A stretch of DNA of 64,000 bases. It comes from a virus. Taxonomy: Duplodnaviria; Caudoviricetes. Under the pieces are notes generated by a model. It worked only from the letters and a program-made list of their open reading frames with translations. It ran no database searches and was not told where the DNA came from. Position numbers and translations under genes: made by a program. Position 1 is the first letter of the stretch. Every line of letters starts with the position of its first letter. Below, in pieces: positions 26,204 to 36,713 of this stretch. The stretch covers positions 192,001-256,000 of the IMG/VR virus record IMGVR_UViG_3300037484_000435; one strand, written 5' to 3'.

Positions 26204-26885
26204 TACTATCTCCCAGTTTTATTTTTCTCCGTTTCTTTCGGCGTAAATTAAATTCTTGTGCCTCTAGCATTTTTCGTCTACTCTCAGCCAACATGGCTAA
26301 ATAGTCTTGTTGGTCTTCGTAAATCAATAATTGTTCTACTTGATATCCTATTCTCTTATCTTGCTCTACATGCACATTATTCAAGAGCGATAATACAAAA
26401 GGTTTATTTGTTGTGATACTTAGAATACCCATACTATCTATATCTAATTTCCACTCGCCCTTTTTTTCAATAAGCATATCAATCGCTACAAATAACTCCT
26501 CAATAGCATTCCGTATAGTTACATTACTCCCCATCCGCCATTTAATAAAGTTGTTTACAATACTGCAATCTACTCTCCTAAACTTAGGGTCCTTCAATTT
26601 ATCTGAATCAAAGGATTTGGACCCAGATCGACGCAACTTCTCATAAAAATATAGGGCAATATCATCCGCGTTTATTATTTTATTGGGGTCCACCTTAACC
26701 AGAGAGTCTCTGATATGTTCTATCTTATAACCAGACATCTCTAACTTACGGAGAATCTCAGCCTCTTCCACATCAATATTATCCTCTACCCGAAAAGTTC
26801 CGTACCCGTGAGCATGAAGAAAATCAATACACCACTGTAGTTGATCGTCCTCACTAATGATAGACTTGTTTTGTTTCTTCGCCAT
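26181..26885 (-). CDS. Hypothetical protein with basic C-terminus
   Basis: 234 aa, GGAGG SD; no motif recognised. Confidence 0.65.
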   Translation of the reverse strand: MAKKQNKSIISEDDQLQWCIDFLHAHGYGTFRVEDNIDVEEAEILRKLEMSGYKIEHIRDSLVKVDPNKIINADDIALYFYEKLRRSGSKSFDSDKLKDPKFRRVDCSIVNNFIKWRMGSNVTIRNAIEELFVAIDMLIEKKGEWKLDIDSMGILSITTNKPFVLSLLNNVHVEQDKRIGYQVEQLLIYEDQQDYLAMLAESRRKMLEAQEFNLRRKKRRKIKLGDSNGKKENG

Positions 26886-26898
26886 TCACACCTCCAGT

Positions 26899-28083
26899 TT
26901 AATCTTCATCCACCAATGCAATCGCAATTTTGATTCGTAAGTTATCATCCAAATTATCTACTACAATAGGCCTCTTGTCAGAGGGGATTGTTATCTGTAT
27001 AACATCCGAACCTAAGATACTCAACGAAGAATCTAAAAGGACCGCGTTTATAACTAAATCCTGTGGTTGCCTCGGCCCCTGCAATAATGGGATACCTTCG
27101 TTTTTAAAACTTATATGGCTACCTTGACCGTGATTATAGATATTAAAGGTTGACGCAGTAAAATTAATCTTAATCCTATAAGGGTCTTCATCTATTGCTT
27201 TTCTCACATTAGCCACGTTATCCACCAACAATTTGGTGTTAAACTTAACCACCGTCCCAGTAATATCAAACACAGAAGAGTATGGTGGAAAATAAGCTGA
27301 GATAATTGCAGATAATACAGACGTATGCAAACCGGCATTATCAATAACAAACTTTACTTGATGCCCGTCTGACCACATCTCCAAATCATCGCCATCCGAA
27401 ATCAAGCTCTGCATCACCATACAAGTTACTTTTGGTAGAATGATATCAAAGTCAACCGCGTCTATATCTCCTGGATAGGAAATCTCTATAATTCGATAAC
27501 CATCAGATACCACAAAAAGAAGTTTCTTATTTTTACACCGCACCAGTACGCCCGATAAGCCAGCTATACTTGATGTGTAGTTAGCGATTATTTTTCCCAA
27601 AGCACGAAAAACATCTGCTAAGTAAAGTGCAGGTAACTCTACTTTAACAGCGTTCACACCTTGTGGAATAAAATCATCTCGGGCGGATAATACAGCGTTC
27701 ACTAGAGTAAAGGACCTATTCTGAGACACACTGGCCCCTATGTTTGTATAATCAGACACCGTAGATACCGAAAGGGTTCCTCGGTCTGCCTTTAACTCTA
27801 AGTCTTTGGATTGTAAATTTGGATTATTTGTGTGAGGCAATTTAGAAATTAATTGGAAAAAATCTGTTCCATTTACACTTATTATTCCTGGTTCCTTTAT
27901 CGTGGCGAATATCTCTGACGATGCTGTTATGGTAGCATTATCACTCACGATTAACCTCAACTTATTATTCTTTGCCTCAATAGTGTAAATGGTAAAAGAA
28001 AAGCCTGTGGTCACCAGACTCTTCATTGGCTTCAGTTTAGACATAAGTCTAATAAAATCCGCCGTTGGTACCGTTAGATGCAT
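26899..28083 (-). CDS. dnaN: DNA polymerase III beta sliding clamp-like protein
   Basis: Start MHLTV (GAGG SD); EPGIISVNGTDFFQLISKLP, LSGVLVRCKNKKLLFVVSDGYRI, IILPK, YFPPYSSVF parallel the beta-clamp motifs. Confidence 0.82.
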   Translation of the reverse strand: MHLTVPTADFIRLMSKLKPMKSLVTTGFSFTIYTIEAKNNKLRLIVSDNATITASSEIFATIKEPGIISVNGTDFFQLISKLPHTNNPNLQSKDLELKADRGTLSVSTVSDYTNIGASVSQNRSFTLVNAVLSARDDFIPQGVNAVKVELPALYLADVFRALGKIIANYTSSIAGLSGVLVRCKNKKLLFVVSDGYRIIEISYPGDIDAVDFDIILPKVTCMVMQSLISDGDDLEMWSDGHQVKFVIDNAGLHTSVLSAIISAYFPPYSSVFDITGTVVKFNTKLLVDNVANVRKAIDEDPYRIKINFTASTFNIYNHGQGSHISFKNEGIPLLQGPRQPQDLVINAVLLDSSLSILGSDVIQITIPSDKRPIVVDNLDDNLRIKIAIALVDED

Positions 28084-28106
28084 ATTTTTTACCTCTACTT
28101 GATAAC

Positions 28107-28270
28107 TAGTACACAAATTTATCTCTACAAATTTTATTGGAAAGCTTCTCGGAGTACGTTATAGATTAACCTCGAACCTTTCAAACAAAAAATCCTCGTG
28201 GACTGTACCTTATTAGCTAGGTTTTCTTGTTTCGCGTTTAGTACTAATATAGTACACAAATTCATCTCTA
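28107..28270. repeat. 21-bp direct repeat (20/21) at 28107-28127 and 28250-28270 in the only long intergenic gap; candidate promoter/operator/origin element
   Basis: tagtacacaaatt(t/c)atctcta; perfect palindrome ttagtactaa at 28238-28247. Confidence 0.8.
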
Positions 28271-28290
28271 AAAAATAAAGTTAATAAGTA

Positions 28291-30246
28291 TTAGGAAACA
28301 CAGTTAATTTCGACACTGAGGTCATGTAAATGGGCTGGCTCAATAAATACAGCTAAATTATAAAATCGATCCGTACCCCAAATATCCATAAAAACATTTA
28401 AATCCCTATAACCACCGGTCGCTTTAATATATACTTCCAATTTGGATTGGCCTTTATACGTAAATGCACTTATAAGAGCTTTAAAAGCAGCATCAATGGT
28501 TTGGTAATTTTCCATATCACTAATTTCATAAAGAGAGACATAATCAATTTGTCCACTATATTCGGCATGAGGTAAATAACCGCGAGCCATTGCTGACCAA
28601 CGTTCATAATCTTCTTTCTTGTAGGCTCGTTGCTCATTTGATACCCAGTAATAATCATGAACTTGCTCACCAAAGACAACCTCTATAATTCTAACAACCT
28701 CAGGAGGGTCCTCCGCCCAAAGCTCAATCTCTTTGACTTGAAAGACCGCAGGCCACACAGGCTCTTCCCACGATTGAGTTCTTTGTACGATAGGCTGGGA
28801 TGTGGGCATTTTTGGTACATCTGGTCTAAAAGCAAATAAATCAATTGTCAAGTCGTGATAAGGGTCCTGTTTATATGCAACCAAGTCTATCGTCAAATTC
28901 AGATTACCGCTAAATATTCTAATCCGCGGCCACGAAAAACGAAGTTGCATCACTTCTGTTACGATATCATCAAATTGATTATTATAAACTACTGGTAACT
29001 GGTCCACTATTTTTGCTTCCATATCCCAAGTTGTCTGCGGAAGATAAAATTCTAGACCATAACTATTAAGATAGGAAGTAAAGTTTGAACGATTGAGATA
29101 CGTACCTAGATTGGACACACCACTCCCGTCTATTACTTTGAACAACACTTCCAAAGCCAAGAAAAAAGCAGGTTTAAAAGTTACTGAAAAATTGCTATAA
29201 GAAGAACCAAAACCACAAGGCCAGCCTTGGTTTATCGACACATACAAATCATGTATCTCAACAGTTAATACAGGAATAATAGTAGTCATAACCCGCGAAG
29301 CTGGTTTTAAAGTTACAAACAAGTCTCGGTAACTAGATGTTCCGGGCAAATTTATAGTGAAGTCATGTTTCCCTCCCATAGTAAAGGTAGCACTAAAGTC
29401 CGAGAAGTAAACTCCCCACACATATACAGGCAAAGTATAAAGCCCGAGCCAAATATCAAAATCGACTAAGAGATGTGACGTACGAAAAGTTCGATGAGTC
29501 ACTATTAAATCATACCCATCTTCTGGGGCGGCCACAAAATCAACAGCCAAATCCTGAGGTGCAGAAGCACTAATAGCAGCGTCCAAGTCAGAATATCTCC
29601 ACCCATATATATTGGCAATTAAATCAAAGGGAGCGTGACCTCCTATAGGTACCGAAAGAGTTCGGATACCCCAACCCCAGAAGTTAACATACAAGTCTTC
29701 AAACCCGCTATGCACTGGATTAGCAAAAACATAGAGATCGGTTATACCATGCTGAAATATCCGCATAAAGACTGTAAAATCTTTTGGAGAATGTACTTTG
29801 ACTTGAGTGTACAGATCGTGTTTTTTCATTATGTTAAACGGAACTTCTAAATCATATGGTGGGTGAATACCTAACTCGGCGTACAAATAAGACTGGTGCA
29901 CTGACCAGAATTCAACCAGAAGTTGGTGATAAGGAATCGGAGACAAAACTACATCGAGGTCACTAGGTTGATGCCCAGCTATATCAGTATATAAATTATA
30001 AGGCATAATAGTCCGCAGACTAACTTCTAAATCGTATGGCTGCGAAACACCTATTTTTACTTCTAAATCCTTAAACCATTTCCAGATACCAAAATTTACA
30101 TAAAGGTCAACTGGAATCGGCAGTGGATGCAGTGTAACCTCCAAATCCTGAGGCCTATGCGCAGAAATATACGTCTGCATTTCTACAGTATTTTTTAGAA
30201 GTATGCCATCAATTTCTATCCCATCAGGGGTCGCAACAATTATCAT
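28291..30246 (-). CDS. Putative virion protein with about 20 tandem 12-aa DLxV repeats
   Basis: Start MIIVAT at ATGA overlap; SQPYDLEVSLRT / IMPYNLYTDIAG / HQPSDLDVVLSP etc. Confidence 0.7.
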   Translation of the reverse strand: MIIVATPDGIEIDGILLKNTVEMQTYISAHRPQDLEVTLHPLPIPVDLYVNFGIWKWFKDLEVKIGVSQPYDLEVSLRTIMPYNLYTDIAGHQPSDLDVVLSPIPYHQLLVEFWSVHQSYLYAELGIHPPYDLEVPFNIMKKHDLYTQVKVHSPKDFTVFMRIFQHGITDLYVFANPVHSGFEDLYVNFWGWGIRTLSVPIGGHAPFDLIANIYGWRYSDLDAAISASAPQDLAVDFVAAPEDGYDLIVTHRTFRTSHLLVDFDIWLGLYTLPVYVWGVYFSDFSATFTMGGKHDFTINLPGTSSYRDLFVTLKPASRVMTTIIPVLTVEIHDLYVSINQGWPCGFGSSYSNFSVTFKPAFFLALEVLFKVIDGSGVSNLGTYLNRSNFTSYLNSYGLEFYLPQTTWDMEAKIVDQLPVVYNNQFDDIVTEVMQLRFSWPRIRIFSGNLNLTIDLVAYKQDPYHDLTIDLFAFRPDVPKMPTSQPIVQRTQSWEEPVWPAVFQVKEIELWAEDPPEVVRIIEVVFGEQVHDYYWVSNEQRAYKKEDYERWSAMARGYLPHAEYSGQIDYVSLYEISDMENYQTIDAAFKALISAFTYKGQSKLEVYIKATGGYRDLNVFMDIWGTDRFYNLAVFIEPAHLHDLSVEINCVS

Positions 30247-33200
30247 CCTACACCAGTGACCTCCCATTTAACCATTAGGTAGGCTGTGTCTCTCTTATGT
30301 AATTTTTTTATTTCTTTTTGTGGACGTTTATTTCGCATATACACTGTGCAACAATCACTGTTAGGCACACTCGTATACAATAAAGGTAGATTACCTGCAA
30401 GAAAACTTTTCCAATCCACTCCGTCTTTGGAAAGTTCAATTAAATTTTCGGGAATCAATGAGGTACTATCCACATCTACAAATGGATTACTAACAGCATG
30501 TTTATAAACCCTTACTTTAGAAAAGCCAGCATACGCCGCCAAGGGGTCCATATCGTCCTTACTTAAAATAACTGTTCCCTTCCCTAGCGTAACTTTTACA
30601 TCATCTGTAGTAAAATACTTACCTAAACCCTCAAATCTACCACTACAAGTCTTTATACCATTTATCCACAAAGCAACGGCCTCAGTTTCCATCAAACCTG
30701 GGATGGACGGAGGGGACCAACTCAACACAACATGAAAGGGCCCTAGATTATCTAGTGTAGGGAGTATACGCTCTGCCTCCTTCAAGGAAGGCATACTAAC
30801 ATAAACTAAATTATCTTCAGGACTAAAACAGAATAGAGACCAGCCCCAACGCAAATCCAAAGCCACACAAATTCCAGCATTAGCGTTTGAAACAGTGGCT
30901 ACATTATAAAGATACTTACGCGGATCCCCATCGACCAAATTTACTGCGGCCTTGGATGGCAGATAATCAAACTCCAAAGTACCGGTGTTGGTCAAATCTA
31001 AATCAGGGATATACAAAGCTTCCTCAATACCAAGGAACATGAAGTCATCTACAAATCTTTGTCGTTTATTAGAAAGATTCTTAAAATAAATATCACATCC
31101 AGCACTACCAGAAACGGTCATTTCTATGTAACCCATAGTCAAATAAGGAAGAGGCATATAAGGGGCCTCAAGGGCCGAATAGAACTCGATATCGTGCTGG
31201 GTATAGGAAGGTTCATCCGGAGACCTATCTCCACGTATGACCATCTGAGAGTCCTTATACGTCCACTGGTGAGTTGTCCACGATTGAGACAAAGTACCGG
31301 TTACCGTAAATAAATAATAACAGTCTGGGTCTCGCCCCACTTTTACCGAGATGGAATTAATATTTTCAGGGTGGGACAGTTTCAAATCGATAGAAAACAA
31401 ATCCTCCCACGTCCATTGTTGGTCAGAAGCTAGTCTCCAAAATGGAGACCCGTCACCATTAAAATAACAAGACCCCTCAATGTTCAAACCTGGATAACTA
31501 TAAATCATAGTGTAGGATGGGTCCCACTCTGTATTATCCACCCACTGCGTTAAACCAAAATTAGTGCTCCACCAATTAATATTGTCTGTTATATATGTGG
31601 GTCGGTCAAAATGGCTTAATTCCACCGGACCCATAAACCATATACCCGTAGCTGTAGGAGTAATAGCTTTGTAATCTTGACTTTCTAACAATAACCATCG
31701 TGCCCGCCCACTAGTAAAGAGAGGGCAGGCTTGGTTAACATTTCCGGCATCAGTGGCCCAACCATCACACTCACCAGCAAAATAATAATTAGGTATCTCC
31801 CCCTCTCCATAAATCATACGAGGTTTACCGTGTGTGTAATCTGCTGTACACTCATTGTTTTTGCTACTATAAATACATCGCCTAAAAAACCCAGCCTCAT
31901 CGTATGATGAGGATTCCCAGTTTACTTTTAGAAAATAAGGTGTATCTGTATCACCAAAACGGCCCTTAGCTAAATTGGTAGCTAGCGGACATCTCCCTAA
32001 TTGGTAGGACGCCCCGAAATCTAATGCTATAACTGGGTAATCATACATAGATAAGCCTTTATAGGAAAGATTATCGCTACTTGTCCACCCAGTCCCAGAA
32101 ACACCCATAGGGGGAGGGTCTACCAACTTCATGTCACCTGCTATGTCAAAGAGTTGTTTGTTTCCATCAAGTATCTCGGTTGCTAATAACGCTTTACCTT
32201 TTATTTTAGACATGTAAGGGTCTGGAATAAATTTAACAGAGTCTAATTCTACGTCTACATAAGGACTCTTACGAAATTTAAAATACGTAATCTCGTCTGG
32301 TTTTTCCGATGTGAAATCCGTCAGATCGTCCGCGTTTGAATACTCGATATCAAGCCACTCGGTGCCTCGACCATAAGCATCTAATAAACAGATAGCAGGA
32401 TCGAACTGTGCCACTAAATGAGTCGCGTCAACACTCGAAGTCCCAAACTGTATATAATCAAATAACACAACAGTATTTATATCTGAAGAAAAGGCGAACT
32501 CCACAGGAGCAGTTTCAGACCAATCATAAAGAGACACTCCAGACAGTGTGTTAAAGTATGTCCCTTCATAGGAGTAGGACAAAGTAACCACACCATCAGC
32601 CTTCCGCATTCTAAGCCACACGCCCGAAATTGTGGCCGCGGTATCTATACTCGTGAGGTGAGAAACATTATTCTCAGCGATCTCCAAAACACTATTAGAC
32701 CTTACAGCAAATTTAACACTATTGGTGTGGGAGGAAGAGTCACGTATGAGCATACCTGCAGAGAACACCCCAGAGCTAGTTGCATTGTCCTCAAAATCTG
32801 ATAACCGAAATACAACAGAACCATAGTCAGTTATAGAACCCCATTCAGCCGTAAGAGCTGGAGAAATTAAACGGTAATCAAAAAATCTGGCCTCGTTACT
32901 TCGCTTCCAAGGTTTAATCCGTAGACCATCAGATGAGGTAGAAAGAGTAACGGCATCGTTAGCATTCAGAGCGGACCACGCACCATCTGTCGTCACTATA
33001 TCTGACAAATCGGAAACGTAACTAAAATTCTCCACTAGCTTATTACTAGACGCCTTATAGGAGACGTAGTCAATCTGTGAAGAAACTAAAACCCCTTGAG
33101 CCAGTCCCGCCACGGCCTCAGCCCCGCCATAAGTTCCTACTCGCAGGTCATCCGACCACCCCGATATGTCGTAAGCACTGCTAGTAGTCCACGAATCCCA

Positions 33201-36200
33201 AGGTAATCGGTACCTGACCTCCACCAAAGTTTTGCTTTTGTCCATTTTAAGTACCAGCGGGTATTCACCTCGTTGTATTGGGGTTATCTGTGGTAAGGTA
33301 CCGCTGGCAGAGTAAAATGCGTTATGGTCACCGCAGCGTACATAATCACCGAACGGTACCTCATACCTAATATTGTCATCACTAATATAACCCGACGCTG
33401 TAAGAATCCCATTACCAGTAAAACGTTCCACACGAAAATACCTAGACAAATCTGAGTTATCGTAAATTACTAAACCAGTAGACGTATCAACCCCAGTAGT
33501 AAAGGCGGAACTTAGTGGGATATTAATCTCAATTGATAAGAATGCTTCTTTATCAGTACTCATAAAGTACGTTGGGTTAAGCCATTTCTTTAGGTCATAA
33601 GGAAAGTGGTGTGCGGGTTGAGTAATAGTCAGGGTTCCACTATTTACTAACATCGAGTCAGCCTTACACCAACTAGATACTTTCCACGAATTATTAAATG
33701 GGTCCGTAGGTTCGTTCCAAGTAAATGCGTCTATAAAGGGACTACCAGAAGTTAAGGTCTGCCAAGTCTGCCCCTCATTCGTTGAGCTATGCCAATACAC
33801 AGGGACCTCGTCCAAGAGAGCATACGAACGGGCGTGGTAATTCACCCCACGATGGTTGCAAAGTGGTGAGTCCTGCGACCTAATTAGTTCTGCCGCACTC
33901 CCCCTATAAGGGTCTTCAACAGACTCCTCGGTATTAAGGTCACTCGCAAACACACACGCATTATCTATAGCTAGGGGGTCAGCCACACCTATCATCAAGT
34001 TGGCTAGATGACCCGTATCATTACAAACCTTGTAGGACTTCGTAGGTCCGTAAGTGAACTCAGAATCATCAGAGGGGGCACCCCAAGACAAGTTAGATAT
34101 TTCAGTAATAGGTTCATCACCATCGATCGTTCTAACTTGCACCGCTAAATGTTGGGGAATTAGTTTTATCTGTTTTATCTTAGCTGGAAAGGTTTTAAAA
34201 TCCAAGTCCAATTTACTCAGCGTGGTTCCGACAGGTGCAATAATTATAGATTCATCGTCCTCCAAGAAATCAAAAATTAAATCATACTTGTATTCAGTAG
34301 TTGTTGCTCTACTAATGTTACTTGAGTTCCATACCTGTCCTTGAGTATCAATCACGTTATATTTTTCTGTGTCAAATACTTGTGGCCCACTAAACCCTGC
34401 ACCATCAACCGCACGAATAATCGTATCCAGACTAGAAAACTTAGACCAAATCGAAACACCCGTAATCCTAGCACTGGTCCACTTCCAAACATACAACCTA
34501 ATACCGTGCGTGGGAAATGAGTTGTATGTATATTCTAACGTGTTCCAAAAAGTGCCATAAGCGGCTTGGCTCCTGTAGTATCGATAAGACTCGTTAAGTC
34601 CGGGGTAATAATCAAAAGGGTCATTCGTAACATAGCTCTGGGCAATATAGATTGAATTGTTATTATCTAATCCATTTAAGGTTGTGAGGATCGGTGGGTC
34701 TAAACGTACCCAACCAACTTCGCTACCTAAATAAGGGGCATCCGTGGAAAACGTATACTCCCCATCCCAACTAATACCTGTCCGCATATTCTCTTCAATA
34801 TAACCCTCTAATGCGAATCCTCTGATGTTTTCAGAATCTTCAAAAGTAAATTTTATTTTAAATATGTCATGTATAAAGCCGGGGAACCAAAAATCGAGCC
34901 ACCAAGCGTCTACCTCATCTGGATTAAAAGCTAACATTAAGTCAGCCTCGTGGGCCAACTGCAGTGCTCCCTGTCCCAAATTAGACGAAGCCCTTACTTG
35001 AGATACACCGGATTTAATCAGGTCCCATTCAAAAACATCCTCCTCCACCTCCCCCTTGATTGCCACATGGCTCACTCCATACTCCCAACGTAGCTCTGCC
35101 TCTATCCCTATCCCTGGAACCTTAGTATCCGAAAACCCATAGACTGGTAAACTTTGATAACCATAAAACTTTACATCATAAACATCATAATTGACGGTAG
35201 TTCCTACTGAAATATCTCGTACAAATTTCTCTATCCAAGAATATTTATAATACATCTCTGGCCAAGCCTTAGCATTTTCTTCTGTGGAAATAGCCGGAAG
35301 ACACATAAACAAGCCAAATACATCCCCCGGTTTAACTTCCCAATCCACCAGTAATTCATATAAGGACTCTTGTCCAGTTTTGGAATCCGATCCAGTAATT
35401 GGACTACTGTAAATAGTTTGAAACTGGGAATCTGATACTGGGCGTAAAAGTAAGATGGCACTCCGTGCAGTTAAATTACCTTTGTACCAAACTTTTGAAA
35501 TTGTACCATGGTAAGTAGCCCCACCAAAGGAATCAATAAATAAAGAACCTTCCACGTAGCCCTCATCCAGTAACTTTTCAATAGGAAATGAAAGGAGGTC
35601 ATTACGCCCAATTTCCACTGAAGGGCGTTGTGGGTCAAAATCTATAGTTGTAACATCTGCACTAGGAAGCCGGTAAAGTAAAGTTGCTGGTTGTTTTTGG
35701 TAACCTTCCACAAAACCATCTGCTGGATTTTTTCCGCCCTCGGTTCGGTAAGTGGCTTGGGAGGAGGAAGAGAAAAACCCCAGTCTCTCTGTAGCATCTT
35801 TTGTTCCGCCGTGGTAAATTTGGACCCCACCCAATCGTCCTCTAGTTCCTGTGTATATTGTGAAATTCTCGTCCACCTCATTATAGTAGCACTCAGCAAA
35901 TTTGTAACCACCAAATGATAAAGTATTCAACTTCAGTGTTATTTCTTGTGCGATAGACCAGCAATCTGTACAATGGCTTAAGTCTAAATCTATATACTTG
36001 GCTGGATAACCATCTAGCCCAACTCCGATTCTACAATTATTATCATCAATTAGGACACTCCGTTTACGAGTAATGCTGTAAGCCTTCGCGTAGGTGCCAG
36101 TCCCTTGACATATGTGCTTGTAGTGTCGATTATAAGCACACGGAGCATAGTTACATTTATAGTGTGTATTAGATGTAAAAGCCAACCGCTGAATAATGAT

Positions 36201-36713
36201 TTCTACATTAGGGTATCCATCTATAAATGGGTGAAGTTCTAAATAATTACAGTTACCAACCCACTTAGAATAAGTCAACATTGTAAATTTATACCGGTGC
36301 CACTCACCGTCGGGGTACACATCAAAATCAGCCTGTGCTTCGGCTGGGGTAACTGGATCGCTTTCAGTTCGCCAGACTAAACGAGCAGTCAACGACTCAG
36401 GGGTAGTTCGCCCTGTTACACTCTCATTACACCTGATCAGCATATCTAATTCTAAATCAGTAAAGAAGTCAGCTTCAAAAGGTGTGGTTAGGGTTTCGTC
36501 CAAAGATATGTAGCATGAAGAATCGGTACTTGTCCCCCAAAGAAAACGGCCTTCTGCCCAATGCCAATCTGCCCCGCCGTTATCACTAAACCCACAGTCT
36601 CCCCTACTGAAGATAGCCTCGAATCCACAATTGGTATCATGTATACAGCGGTCTTTGTTACGTATATATCTACAATCGTTTAGGAGGTTATACTCTCTAT
36701 CGATATTAAGCAT
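30243..36713 (-). CDS. Large beta-rich putative tail/adsorption protein (CBM-like, two ConA-like and one LamG-like segments)
   Basis: Start MLNIDRE (TAATG overlap); GVWLRMRKADGVVTLSYSYEG..VLFDYIQF (ConA-like); GTLEFDYLP..FHVVLSWS..LWING (LamG-like). Confidence 0.7.
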   Translation of the reverse strand: MLNIDREYNLLNDCRYIRNKDRCIHDTNCGFEAIFSRGDCGFSDNGGADWHWAEGRFLWGTSTDSSCYISLDETLTTPFEADFFTDLELDMLIRCNESVTGRTTPESLTARLVWRTESDPVTPAEAQADFDVYPDGEWHRYKFTMLTYSKWVGNCNYLELHPFIDGYPNVEIIIQRLAFTSNTHYKCNYAPCAYNRHYKHICQGTGTYAKAYSITRKRSVLIDDNNCRIGVGLDGYPAKYIDLDLSHCTDCWSIAQEITLKLNTLSFGGYKFAECYYNEVDENFTIYTGTRGRLGGVQIYHGGTKDATERLGFFSSSSQATYRTEGGKNPADGFVEGYQKQPATLLYRLPSADVTTIDFDPQRPSVEIGRNDLLSFPIEKLLDEGYVEGSLFIDSFGGATYHGTISKVWYKGNLTARSAILLLRPVSDSQFQTIYSSPITGSDSKTGQESLYELLVDWEVKPGDVFGLFMCLPAISTEENAKAWPEMYYKYSWIEKFVRDISVGTTVNYDVYDVKFYGYQSLPVYGFSDTKVPGIGIEAELRWEYGVSHVAIKGEVEEDVFEWDLIKSGVSQVRASSNLGQGALQLAHEADLMLAFNPDEVDAWWLDFWFPGFIHDIFKIKFTFEDSENIRGFALEGYIEENMRTGISWDGEYTFSTDAPYLGSEVGWVRLDPPILTTLNGLDNNNSIYIAQSYVTNDPFDYYPGLNESYRYYRSQAAYGTFWNTLEYTYNSFPTHGIRLYVWKWTSARITGVSIWSKFSSLDTIIRAVDGAGFSGPQVFDTEKYNVIDTQGQVWNSSNISRATTTEYKYDLIFDFLEDDESIIIAPVGTTLSKLDLDFKTFPAKIKQIKLIPQHLAVQVRTIDGDEPITEISNLSWGAPSDDSEFTYGPTKSYKVCNDTGHLANLMIGVADPLAIDNACVFASDLNTEESVEDPYRGSAAELIRSQDSPLCNHRGVNYHARSYALLDEVPVYWHSSTNEGQTWQTLTSGSPFIDAFTWNEPTDPFNNSWKVSSWCKADSMLVNSGTLTITQPAHHFPYDLKKWLNPTYFMSTDKEAFLSIEINIPLSSAFTTGVDTSTGLVIYDNSDLSRYFRVERFTGNGILTASGYISDDNIRYEVPFGDYVRCGDHNAFYSASGTLPQITPIQRGEYPLVLKMDKSKTLVEVRYRLPWDSWTTSSAYDISGWSDDLRVGTYGGAEAVAGLAQGVLVSSQIDYVSYKASSNKLVENFSYVSDLSDIVTTDGAWSALNANDAVTLSTSSDGLRIKPWKRSNEARFFDYRLISPALTAEWGSITDYGSVVFRLSDFEDNATSSGVFSAGMLIRDSSSHTNSVKFAVRSNSVLEIAENNVSHLTSIDTAATISGVWLRMRKADGVVTLSYSYEGTYFNTLSGVSLYDWSETAPVEFAFSSDINTVVLFDYIQFGTSSVDATHLVAQFDPAICLLDAYGRGTEWLDIEYSNADDLTDFTSEKPDEITYFKFRKSPYVDVELDSVKFIPDPYMSKIKGKALLATEILDGNKQLFDIAGDMKLVDPPPMGVSGTGWTSSDNLSYKGLSMYDYPVIALDFGASYQLGRCPLATNLAKGRFGDTDTPYFLKVNWESSSYDEAGFFRRCIYSSKNNECTADYTHGKPRMIYGEGEIPNYYFAGECDGWATDAGNVNQACPLFTSGRARWLLLESQDYKAITPTATGIWFMGPVELSHFDRPTYITDNINWWSTNFGLTQWVDNTEWDPSYTMIYSYPGLNIEGSCYFNGDGSPFWRLASDQQWTWEDLFSIDLKLSHPENINSISVKVGRDPDCYYLFTVTGTLSQSWTTHQWTYKDSQMVIRGDRSPDEPSYTQHDIEFYSALEAPYMPLPYLTMGYIEMTVSGSAGCDIYFKNLSNKRQRFVDDFMFLGIEEALYIPDLDLTNTGTLEFDYLPSKAAVNLVDGDPRKYLYNVATVSNANAGICVALDLRWGWSLFCFSPEDNLVYVSMPSLKEAERILPTLDNLGPFHVVLSWSPPSIPGLMETEAVALWINGIKTCSGRFEGLGKYFTTDDVKVTLGKGTVILSKDDMDPLAAYAGFSKVRVYKHAVSNPFVDVDSTSLIPENLIELSKDGVDWKSFLAGNLPLLYTSVPNSDCCTVYMRNKRPQKEIKKLHKRDTAYLMVKWEVTGVG

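Noticed and set aside
28150-28222. tRNA-like pieces on the minus strand (TAGCTAATAAGGTA resembling a D-arm, GGTTCGAG resembling a T-loop)
   Set aside because: T-stem and acceptor stem do not pair (no G53-C61) and the anticodon loop is non-canonical; at most a coincidental or decayed remnant
28107-28277. Standard sigma70 promoter reading of the 21-bp repeat
   Set aside because: The TACTAT/TACTAG -10-like hexamer has no acceptable -35 at 16-18 bp and no correctly spaced TGn extension
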